A model generated the notes under the pieces. It searched no databases and was not told the DNA's origin. It worked only from the letters and a program-made list of their open reading frames with translations. A stretch of 64,000 nucleotides of DNA from Balanoglossus misakiensis (lineage: Eukaryota > Animalia > Hemichordata): assembly GCA_040954595.2 (NCBI GenBank), contig CM082580.2, positions 10,952,390-11,016,389 of the forward strand, given 5' to 3'. Shown one piece after another: positions 1 through 10,467 of the stretch (positions are counted from its first letter, which is position 1; each line of letters starts with the position of its first letter). Both the position numbers and the translations under genes were made by a program.

Positions 1-161
1 GCCTCACCCAGTTCTTCCAGATGTCCTGGTGATTCAGAGCAGCGGTTACAACAGTGAAATCCAACCGTGTAAAAAAGAAGTAATCGTTGATTTGTTTTGT
101 GGCGGCGCTGTTCTGAGAGGTGCTGATGTCTACGTTCCTGGAATCATGGCAGCCCATCCAG
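1..161 (+). CDS. NSUN6: NSUN6 tRNA (cytosine-72-C5) methyltransferase, internal exon (5'-truncated by window), start of PUA domain
   Basis: Frame from nt 2 reads PHPVLPDVLVIQSSGYNSEIQPCKKEVIVDLFCGGAVLRGADVYVPGIMAAHP, the NSUN6 PUA signature CGxAVLRGAxVYxPGI. Ends at donor G|GTAGAG, phase 1. Confidence 0.93.
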
Positions 162-597
162 GTAGAGTTTGCCTACAAGTGACTGCAGTGCTTTAACTTC
201 AATTCTTTTCCCTATTCGAACCGTTTTGATTCACGAGGATGAGATATTGAAGTAAATACCAGTAAAAGTTCAGAACTGCATCTGTCATCAGTTAAGCCCA
301 TGGGCCAGTAAGTCATCTTGCTGTTGAAGTGAACAGGGTAACCTATGAGTAAGTGTGAGTGCATGCATTATTGTCAACTCTGACATTTCAGATCAATTTC
401 GTTTCAGGGATTTTATAATGAATCGAACATGTGTGACTTATTGCTCTTTCACTTAATGTATCTGACATTTTGGCTAAAAGTGAAAAAGAGTTTAGTTGTG
501 AAAAAGGTAGTGATTGCCTTAAAGAAAAAGAATTTTTTTATGGCCATAGATCATAGATCCTAATGGTCAGTATTGTTATGGTTTGTTTCTTGGGCAG

Positions 598-754
598 GTA
601 CGCAGTCGGGTGACAAGGTGTCTGTGTTTGCAGATATTGAAGGCAACTGCAGGAAAGGATTTATGAAGCAGTATGATGGGCATAAACTGCTGTTAGGCAA
701 TGGCATGGCGCAAGTCAGCCGTGCCGATATTTTTACTAAAAGTGACATCGTCAG
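598..754 (+). CDS. NSUN6: NSUN6 exon (PUA domain)
   Basis: Acceptor tttcttgggcag|. Encodes (G)TQSGDKVSVFADIEGNCRKGFMKQYDGHKLLLGNGMAQVSRADIFTKSDIV. Donor AG|GTAAAA. Phases 1 and 2 fit the neighbouring exons. Confidence 0.92.
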
Positions 755-784
755 GTAAAAACGGTGGTTTAGTATTACTATTCT

Positions 785-962
785 ATTGGTTGGTTTATAC
801 TCATGTGATGATTGGTTGATTTGTGGCTTGATTGATTGATTGATCATTTGATATGATTTCTCGATTGATTCATTGATTGCTTGAGTTATGGTAGGTTAGA
901 TTTTCCATGCTTGAATTATTTATTATTGATTATTGGTTATTGATTGAGTGAATGAGTGAGTG
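785..962. repeat. degenerate (GATT/GGTT/GAGT)n simple repeat in NSUN6 intron
   Basis: Runs such as ttgattgattgattgatc, tattggttggtt and gagtgaatgagtgagtga. Confidence 0.7.
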
Positions 963-1870
963 ACAGTTTCAATCGATTATGTGTGTCCATTTAGATAGCG
1001 TTGAATCCTGCCGTGCTTGAAGGTAGCTTTCGTATTATATCTGTACCACTGAGGGCACACTGTATGATTGACGCGATGATACCATTCCAATGCAAACACT
1101 GCATCACTGTCAACCTGACTGACCTGAATAGATTTTAATCACTCAAGTGCTTTCTGTTGCTAAATATAGCACGACTGTATTGCTAAAAATAGCCGCCCGT
1201 CATTAATTTTCTAATTAGAATTGCGAGTCAGGCTCGGTGTCTAGTTTTATTTCACTGCTCATAAAAATCCACCTGCGTATCATGTTTTTCCTGTTTGTGC
1301 TAAAAATAGACACTCTTTGAGTGACAGGAACGGAAAGGCTTCCTTGATCTGTTGTTCATTTCATTGATTGAAACACGAGTGTCGTCGTCCGTGTGGCAAA
1401 GCAAACTGCCAGTTTTATCTCTATGACGTCAGCCGGAGCAAATATTGTGTAAAAAAAAATTCTATTTTAGGAATTGCCATCAGCGTTGTTTTGAGTCCCA
1501 TCTTCTGCGTGATGTTTTAAAGTCTGTGATTTCCTTGGTAACAAGACAAATTTGAGGCAGTGAACATTTTCAGAGAAAAGTTTTCTTGCGCTGCCTTATA
1601 CTAAAAACTGGCACTTGCCAAGCTTTGCTGTAAACTTCTTTTTTTCACTGATTTTTGTGTGTGAACTTATTGTCACCTTGATATAGTATGTCAAAAAAAC
1701 GTGGAATCAGATTAAACCACAGTGGTGAAATGGTTAATGTGGAAAGTTTAGAGGATTGGGCTGGGATATAGACACTGTTTTCATATTTTCACTGTATTAA
1801 AAACTGGAACAATTGTTTCTACCCTAACTGATCTCAAACTTATTATGCATCTGTTTGTTTCTTCTTGCAG

Positions 1871-2031
1871 TGGTGTAGGTGTGAAAATGACTGAAACTAT
1901 TTACGATGCTCCGTCGCTCAACGCAGTTTTGCCGGATTGTATTTTCTTACAAAATCTTCCTTCCATTGTTGTTGGCCATGTGCTGGATCCGGCAGCTGGG
2001 GACGTGGTGTTGGATATGTGCGCCGCACCAG
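1871..2031 (+). CDS. NSUN6: NSUN6 exon (QNLPS motif, SAM-binding motif I start)
   Basis: Acceptor cttcttgcag|. Encodes GVGVKMTETIYDAPSLNAVLPDCIFLQNLPSIVVGHVLDPAAGDVVLDMCAAP. Donor G|GTAAGG. Confidence 0.95.
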
Positions 2032-2117
2032 GTAAGGAAAAGGGGGAGATTTATCCTTCACTAGAATTGTTAAAAGCATTGAATTTTTACAGGTTTCTCC
2101 GTTCTGTTGAATTTTAG

Positions 2118-2303
2118 GCGGTAAGACCACACACATCGCAGCGTTGATGAAGGACCAAGGTGTTGTCATAGCAATTGACAAGACAGCATCAAAAATCAGC
2201 AAAATTCTGGCAAATTCTTCAAGACTGGGTCTTCATTGCATCAAAGCATATGCATACGACAGCACAAGACTTTACAACAAAGAGGCTGCTGTACTCCCAA
2301 CTG
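2118..2303 (+). CDS. NSUN6: NSUN6 exon
   Basis: Acceptor attttag|. Completes motif I (DMCAAPGGKTTHIAALM), then KDQGVVIAIDKTASKISKI...AYDSTRL. Donor G|GTAAGA. Confidence 0.95.
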
Positions 2304-2384
2304 GTAAGATTTGCAAAATACAATCTTTCTTTGCAGCTTTTGTATTTGAGAAAGATTGACATCCCATGATATTTCAATTGACAG

Positions 2385-2542
2385 ATGGTGTTGGTGAGCC
2401 TCCTTATTCTGCTGAAATCTTCGATAAGATACTCTTGGATGGACCATGTAGTGCACTGGGACAGAGACCACAGTTTTCCAGTCGATTATCCCTCAGGGAA
2501 GCCAAGTCATATCCTCGGCTCCAGAAAAAGTTGTTCTCAAAC
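2385..2542 (+). CDS. NSUN6: NSUN6 exon (motif IV, PC)
   Basis: Acceptor ttgacag|. Encodes FDKILLDGPCSALGQRP (RsmB/NOP2/NSUN motif IV Cys)...YPRLQKKLFSN. Donor |GTAAGA, phase 0. Confidence 0.95.
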
Positions 2543-2925
2543 GTAAGATTTTATCAGCTGTTTGAGTTTGCAATGTACAAAAAAAGGGCAGCCTCATGAC
2601 ATTTGAAAACGAAAATGATGACATATGAGTCATTAGTAATTTCATTAGTAATTTAACCAGCTGATCACTCTGCACTCAGTATTCGTAAAGAAAAGTGTTT
2701 GATGACTAAATGTCACATAGTTACATCAAATGCACCCGTTTTTTCATCACCTGTTTTTTCTTCTTCATTGAAATGAATTTACAAGATGCATTCGATCGAA
2801 AATAGAATCTAGATTGAGTCATCTGCTGTCTGTATGCAAGAGGCATAATATGATTGCTGACAAAAGTATGCGAGATACTCAACTGGTGTTGCTGACAGTG
2901 ATTTGTTTAATGTTGTTCATATCAG

Positions 2926-3051
2926 GCTGTGAGACTGTTGAAAGCAGGAGGCACATTGGTGTATAGTACCTGTACAATAACCGTGGCAGAAAACGAGGAA
3001 GTAGTGGACTGGGCTCTCAGAGAATTCCCGGAATTGAAACTGGAAAAGCAG
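2926..3051 (+). CDS. NSUN6: NSUN6 exon (motif VI, catalytic TC)
   Basis: Acceptor catatcag|. Encodes AVRLLKAGGTLVYSTCTITVAENEEVVDWALREFPELKLEKQ. Donor CAG|GTAATA. Confidence 0.95.
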
Positions 3052-3296
3052 GTAATAAAGATCAGGAATCATCAGTTTGTTTATTTCTCTCAGAAATTAA
3101 GACATTTTTCCTCCATTCAGAATTTCCAGTTTGGTCCACACAAGAAACAATTGTCCACACTAAAGACAATATTTTATTGGAAATGGTAGTTGGACATTAG
3201 CACAGCATACTTTGTGATTTTGCTGGCTACTTTCGTGTTTAGCTACACTCCTGCAATACAATGCATAATAACAATTTTTTTTTGTATATTTTTAAG

Positions 3297-3467
3297 ATTC
3301 CTCACATTGGGACAGGCCGGAAGATGGGAACATCACTACGAACAGAAGAGGCAGCGATGCTACAAAGCTTTGATCCTATTTCTGACGCAAACCAGTACAG
3401 CAAACCACTCTGCGATACAGACACAATCGGTTTCTTCATCGCAAAGTTTGTCAAAGTAGCCTCATAA
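3297..3467 (+). CDS. NSUN6: NSUN6 terminal coding exon
   Basis: Acceptor tatttttaag|. Encodes IPHIGTGRKMG...LQSFDP...DTDTIGFFIAKFVKVAS* (NSUN6 C-terminal DxIGFFIAKF). TAA at 3465-3467. Confidence 0.93.
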   Translation: MPHIGTGRKMGTSLRTEEAAMLQSFDPISDANQYSKPLCDTDTIGFFIAKFVKVAS

Positions 3468-3689
3468 ATCAGAGGTTGCGACAGCCATCTTTACGAATAG
3501 CTGTGATATTTTTAATCACGGTAATGAATGCCACAGTCTTTGCAAGAGACTCGCCGAAAGCAAATCATTGTGCAACTGACGGCGTCGTGCGACGTGGGTG
3601 CAAAAAAGCAGATGTCGTTCAAATGTCAAAAAAAAAATTATGAAAGTTTGATTTAGGTTCTCAACGGCAGAAAACCCACGCAAAAAGAT

Positions 3690-3695
3690 AATAAA
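3690..3695 (+). terminator. candidate polyadenylation signal of NSUN6
   Basis: AATAAA about 220 nt after the stop codon, followed by tgtgttg. Confidence 0.45.
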
Positions 3696-5890
3696 TGTGT
3701 TGCATTAACCTTCAGGAGCCTGGAATGCATCCATCGGGTTTTCCCCTGTGGAAATTTTCAACAGATGATTCATGCCTGTGGTGAACACCCTATCTGGGTC
3801 AAACATCATATCTGTCCATGCATAACATACTATCTGTGCAGTTTTTGCTTTCCAGAAAGAGATATTTCTTACCCTGTTGTCAATTTGCGCTACTCTGGCT
3901 TTTTTGTTGCTTCTTTGGTGGCTACTGTCTATGGTTTTAGTTTCACCAAATATTCTGAGGGCAGAATCATTGATGGGTAGGTCTTTTTCATATCCAACAA
4001 CCCCAAATGACAGGATTTTAGACCCAATCTGGTGTGTGGGTGTTTGATGTATGTGTGGCCTTCATGATGTATGTTCATCTGGCTTGTAATTTGCCACCAC
4101 ATTAAACCCAATATGCAGGATACATTATTGTTGTGGTAATGAGCACCTTATGCAGGTCATAACATTTCTGTTGATAGATTGTCAAATGTCATGGTGTGTA
4201 TGTGTGTGTGTATGTATGTATGTATGTAGAACTTATTTCATGTTGATGTTGTCTATTCGTAGTGAATTCTTTGGCATTTTCTTCGTTTTGGTTAAGAAAT
4301 CAAATTGGCAGGTATTTTCAAGTCGTTTGTCCTGTTTGAAAGTTGCACACAGAACCATGCGAAGTCAGAAATCCCACTCCGAGTATGTTGTGTAACTGTG
4401 GCTGTGACCAACACTGTCAAGAATCTTTCTAAGAAAAAACGGGCGGTGACGTCATGACCTCTTTTGACCTCATTAATGCAGTGACGTCAAGCAACTTTTG
4501 CAGCCGAATAGTGCCCATATCATGCTACCGGAATTGCGCATCTATCGAAATTGCAGGGGGGGGGATTGCTCAAATGGCAGTGGTATTTATTTTGAAATGT
4601 CAGTTGTCTTTATCGTCAACTGATACAACGATGTACAATAATGATGGCGTTTGCTTGCATCATGTACGCGTGATCCGCGAATGAAAATCGTCGCCAAAAG
4701 TAGCGTGTATTCCCCGTTCGCCAGTCTATGAAAAGGAGTGTATACATGCCATCAAATAGTTGTGTAACTTTTTTTTTCTTGATTGTCTATGACACTTACT
4801 ATGTGCAGACGTGCGGGATCACGAGGCATGTCTCTATGCCGGGATGTACGTGTGTCGCGATAATAGGTCAGCTGACCCGCGAAATCGCTAATGACGGCTA
4901 ATGGTTAGCTTCCAAATTACGCGATCGGGTCACGTGCCCCCATTCATGAATTTAATTCCGTGAATGAATGAAAACGTGCATGCATGAACGAACGGGTGGA
5001 TGGATGAATGAATATATATGAAACGCATCACTCGGTGATGACGTTTAACGATGCGGGGAATCGATACCCAGTGCTTTAACACGTGTCGCGTTAATTTGTC
5101 GCGCGGCTCTCTTCTGGTGGCAACAAAGGAGCGAGACGAAGCGCCAATTTCCGTAGCATTTTGATATGCGGCATCCGTGGCGTTAAATCGAAATTGACGG
5201 AGTAAACTGGGTGACGACGGCGCTGGAGATCGTGACGCGGAAGCGGCGATGCACGACTAACACCCGGAGTAATTACTAAGTGTTATGCAATTACGTTGGA
5301 CGTCATAAAACGTGCGAAAGTTGGGGGGAAATAACCCCCCTTCTTTGCGTCATCGAAAGCGCAAATCGTGCTATCCGGGCAATTGTTATTTATCACGATG
5401 TTTTCAGGATAATGAGTAAATAATTGACCATTTGACTTCAGATGACGACCTGGCCATGTAAAAAAGGTTGCCCTCATTAAAAAAGTATGACCCACTTTTG
5501 ACGAAACAAAGTTTGGTTGTTGAGCTGTTGTGACGTTTCCCTTCTATTGAGTATTGGTACAGGCGATTCAAAAGTTCTAACGGTAACCAGATTCATCTAG
5601 GGGATAGACACACCTGTCTAAGGGAGTACCCCTCTCCCGGTATTGCCCCCGTTGTTACAGTTGGGGAATATATAAAGCAGAATTCTGATACAGCGGTGTG
5701 CCGGTTGCGGTATTAATTTTGTAATTTGTCTATAGCAGTTAGAAATCCTTGTTATATTCTCTTCCAGAGCCACCGCGGTCAGTTACTGGCGAAGTCAAAC
5801 TGAACACCAAGTTAAAACAAGTTTGCTTCGTTACAATTGATGTTGGACACAACCAGCATCTAACCCTTGTCCTCAATTTACCCCATTCAT

Positions 5891-6022
5891 TTTTCTCCCT
5901 CCCCTCTCTCTGTCTTTCTTTCTCATTCTCTCCCCTCCCTCCTCTCTCTTTGTCTTTCTTTCTCTTTCTCTCTCTCCCCTCCCTTTTCTCTCTCCCCTCC
6001 CTCCTCTCTCCCCCTCTCCCCT
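5891..6022. repeat. polypyrimidine/polypurine (CT-rich) low-complexity tract
   Basis: About 130 nt of almost only C and T on the + strand. Explains the spurious ORFs 5739-6074 and 5749-6096. Confidence 0.9.
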
Positions 6023-9000
6023 CGCAAATAGATAACCACGTAGTCTTATTTGCGCGGAGTGTCGACAGAAACAAAGACGTATTTACTCACGGATAATTAG
6101 ATATATAATGTATTTGTACTGAATCTCGGTCAAGCCAAAGAAATTGAAGTGTGGACAATTTTGTCACGTGGGCGTAAATATCAGAGGTCAGTTTAAGGAC
6201 ACGTCCACAAGGCAAGGACTGTCGTGATGGACGGTTTTGTAAGGAGGCCTGTTAATGCTTGGAGTACTGGTAATTAATGTCTTTATACATTCAACTTGTA
6301 ACATTTAAAGGACTGCGTCGGCCCTTGTGACATGCGTGCTATTGGTTTTTATTTTGCCACCAGATTACACCGAATAAGCAGGGCGCATACGTAATTTCCG
6401 CTGGCAGTGAGAGTACCCTACGAAGATTATGACATGTTTGTTAGCTTTGAATCGTGTATTCCAAGTCTAACAACCAAGGCATGAAATACTGCTCATTTAG
6501 AGAGACCCTCACCTTCGGGGTGTCCCGGGGGAATTGGACGACTTTGGCTGTGCGTCCGAAGCTAATTTGCTCGAATGAATTCGATGACAGTAATGATCGT
6601 GACGCAGTAGTCAAATGAGAAAAGAATACGAGCGAGATTGCATCCTGAGCGCTCCTACGCCCCTGTCGGGCAGGCGCATAAATGTCAGTGTTGTCGTCAC
6701 GCGACAAGAGCAAAGTCACCGATTTGACCCAATCGGCTTGCAAAAACCAGAGCGGCGAGATAGGAACATTTCGGATTTCCAACATGTACGATGTTTAATT
6801 AATTTACATCAGTTTTTGAACACGGAAATAAAATGTGTTGTTAACGGTCTTGCCACAACTGGAAAATAAAGTCAAAAGAAAACCCCTTCTTTCACGTTGA
6901 TGGACTTTCGTGAAGTCAATGGATTAAACGTGGTGAGATGCCTGCTGACACCCTTTTGATCGAAGTCTCCACATTCCGCTGACTCAACCGCGATTCGTTC
7001 GTTTGAATTATTCATGGACAAGGCTGCATTCTGTTTCAAAGAAATGATGGAAGATGCGTTTTTAATCCCGAAGAAATGCTATTTTTTCATCGCTGTCGCA
7101 ATGCCTGCACACGTACGCTCACGCACGGCGGCTCACGTAAATATTAAACGCGATGTGATCGGTGAAGCAGTCTTCGGGTTCATCAAAACCATCGGGTACG
7201 ATGATTAGAACAATCCCATCAAATCATAACCTATAACACTTATTAGGTCATAAAACGATTGGATACATTTCCGTCGGTCATAAAGTACCGTTGTCTGCAA
7301 GTGGGACCATCGTTAGCCAGCAGCTAAACGTGTTAAAATGCTAATTACCGGCCTGTGCTGTGTCCGTTCGCCGGTATGTACGGAAATAGTAATTGTTGAA
7401 GCCTCTCAAAAAGGAAAGCATAGATACAGGCTTCCTCTTTGTAGACACGACAGCGGTGGCTAGGGTCCGGATGACGATGATGACAACTTTAGTGAGATAG
7501 CTAGTTAACTTGAGCTTTATAACGTGGTGGACGATAGACTAACAAAACAGACATGTCCCCCGCCCCATGATGATGACTACAAACGCCAAAAGACGCTTAG
7601 CGTTTGACAAAGCCTTGCGAGAGAGGATTGGTTACATTTGGAAAGAAGGCAAAAAACTTCACAGAAATGAACTATTTCAACAATTCAGCGACGGCTATGG
7701 TCTATTTGGCTTAGCTGCACTGGTAGAAACTGTGCGCATCCGAAATTAAAGAGAAAAAAAACACAGTTATTACAACGAAGGGGACGCAGTTTAGCATCAC
7801 GTTCAGTTTCCTCTGACGTCATCATTTCGTCATCGGCGCTGTAGTCGGGAAACCGTTCGATTGATTTTACGCCACTCGTGGCGAGTTTACCTGAATCAAC
7901 ATCCGTTTGCAGCTGTGTGGAACGCTGACAGAGTTCCTGCAATTTTCGTCACTTTCCCTGTCGAGATTAATAAGAATCTCACACCCCAAGGACCTGGGCT
8001 CGAATTTCTCACAAGAGTTGGGGATGTTTTGTCTCACACGAACAGCTGGCGAGTGCGACAGATCTTATTAATCCCACGCGGTCGATCTCACACTCCCATC
8101 GACCAGGAGTATGAGAAAAGAATTTCTTTCCCTCTCACTGCAACTAGCCCTTTAATAATTTAAGCATTTTCCCCGGAATTTCCACGTTAACCCGCCATAT
8201 GATATATGTACATGTACGCTTCTTGTCTTAGCCTAACGAATCACCGCTGTTTTGCTAATGTCTACGTATATCTTCCATGTTTCCATGTCATTTGTTAGAC
8301 TCTGCTGCGGGAGGTCTCGATCTTCTTGAAAAGTGTCCCTGTTGAGAAAAAATGAGAAAAAGTATCGTACAGGCCTTATTTATCAAAAGTTTCCAGCCAC
8401 TTTCTCCCACGCAGTGCGCTAAAAGAGTTTCTGGAGACATTTTATTTGACGCAACTAATGTCACGCTTCATAAAAAATAGCTTTATAGCGTTTTAAAAAG
8501 GTTGTATGACCAACACCAATGTACATATATGAACATGTGAAATATGCACACGTCTGATTCCGGAATCAACACAGAACGTGTCAATATTGTGTATGGGCAG
8601 CTGCTAACGCAGTGTCGACACTTAATTGTGACGTAGCGCTTGATTAAAATTGACCATACTGTGTTCTGTTGAAGACTTATACATGTGATGACAGAATGAT
8701 GACGTCTACTCAGTCGAGACAAATGTTAAAATGATAGGTTCATGTCGAGGTATATGCGTCAGCATACACGCACACCTTCTTCTAATATTTTTGAATTGGG
8801 TCCTTTCCATGCATTCTTGCAACTTGGGCCACTCTCCGCGGTCTTGCTGCGGGCCACTGAGTCCAGACTTGAAGTGGCCAACGCCGGTACGTGGCATTCC
8901 TATGCTACTTTACCCGGCAACGCTAATCAATTTTTACCTGGCCTTGTCCCGTAGAAGTAGTCGTGGTGCGTGGGCAGCACACGCGCGTCTTTGTCCGGGG

Positions 9001-10126
9001 GTAAAGTTTTGTCAAACGGCAGTGCTCCCTGAAATTTCCATGGCCAAACGACCCCGTTTGGTTCTTTAGACACAACATACCATTTGACACACTGCCCAAT
9101 GACACATGACCCGGTGAATACTACAGACGCCTCTCCCCCGCCTTCGTGCTATAAAAAATGTCTAAGATATATTAAGTCTACACTGAACAAGGGTGATCCT
9201 ATAGTCTTAGAAAAGTGTAGGAGGATCCACAAAAGAAGGGGTGAATAACTAACCCCTATCATTTGATTTGGTATTAAGTCACGTAAATATCGTTAAGTTA
9301 CAGATGACGCGGTAGATTATGTGCGAAAAATGTGGATATGGCCAATCGATATGATAAAACGCGAAATCCTGCGAATCCGTTGCAATGGGCGTCCTTCTTC
9401 TTAATTAATGGCACATGCGCGCACTTGCCGCTTATCACATGTATGTATGGGGAGGGGGAGGGGGTTTAAAAAGTTTAGGGTGGGGGAGGGGCTGTGACTC
9501 ACTACATGATAGGGTACTATATTACATTGTCTTTGCTTGCGCGTGGTTGGGTCAACTTACTCATCAAATCCCTCCCAGAGCCTTTTTGAAAGTTTCGTAG
9601 TCGAAAAAATGCTATTCACTGTTAAAGTTTTCTGTCTGGAGCCCACCTCGGCAACTGTTGAAAGGCCAACAGGTCGGGCGTGGGTGGCGGGGCATCCTGT
9701 CTGTCCTTAAAGATTGAAGAAAAAAAATCATAACTTGTGATTGAGAATAAAAACTTTTGCCGACCAAAGTGTTGCCTATAAGTACGGTTTAATAACTTAT
9801 TTTTTGGGGACAAAGTGGTTTGTTCAGGACCAAGGACTAACGGGACGTTATAGAGCGGAATTGGGTGCGTGTGAATTGCCGTTCTGTTTTCAAGGAGGAG
9901 GCTGCTTGCCCGTGATTGATTTCCTATACTAGTGTGTTATTATATATTCGGCTAGCCTAGTATAGGCCTACTTCTAAATTATATTGTAATTTAGTGCCCT
10001 TATACATGTTAATGTTGACTTGACAGCCGTTGAATTATTTCTACCTAATTTGAGTCATATCGAAATTATTGAAAAGGCAATTTACCGTGTTCCGGTCGTT
10101 AGGGAGTGCGTGGTTGTCATGCGGTC

Positions 10127-10222
10127 AGCCAATCAGAGCGAGGTCTATGGGTTACGCACGAAGTCATCTGACCGTGCAAGAGAGTATTTTAAAGGTGGCG
10201 GGAGAATACGAGCAATTCAGAA
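10127..10222 (+). promoter_or_regulatory. core promoter of the ASMT-like gene (CCAAT box, TATA-like box, Inr-like site)
   Basis: AGCCAATCAGAGCG (full NF-Y consensus) at 10127-10140 and TATTTTAAA at 10185-10193. TTCAGAA lies about 30 nt further on. No ATG between there and 10468. Confidence 0.6.
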
Positions 10223-10467
10223 TCTTCGAGCCAACGAGATCAAGCAGTTGCAGAGACTCCGCACGACAAGCATTCGTTCAGCAGACGAGAAAAGTCATCG
10301 CACGACATCGAAAACCATCGCCGATAGAAGAAAACCCAACCTACTGCCACCTGGTTTTTGAGACACAAGCTTTCGTTCAGCCGACGACCGAACAACTTCG
10401 CCAGCCCCAGCGCAGACCAGACGATCACTTCTTCTATTCACACACAAGAGTCAACGCAGAAGCTAAG

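Noticed and set aside
2597-2716. Possible C/D snoRNA in an NSUN6 intron (ATGATGA at 2615, CTGA at 2661, tgacattt/aaatgtca stem)
   Set aside because: Box order and spacing relative to the stem are non-canonical, there is no terminal D box, and no recognisable rRNA guide.
4556-4585. tRNA-Ala-like 5' end (ggggattgctcaaatggcag)
   Set aside because: No B-box, anticodon arm or acceptor stem downstream.
10069-10467. 133-aa N-terminal extension of the 494-aa ORF
   Set aside because: Starts at TTG, overlaps the CCAAT and TATA elements, lacks the codon bias and has no ASMT similarity. Homology begins after ATG 10468.
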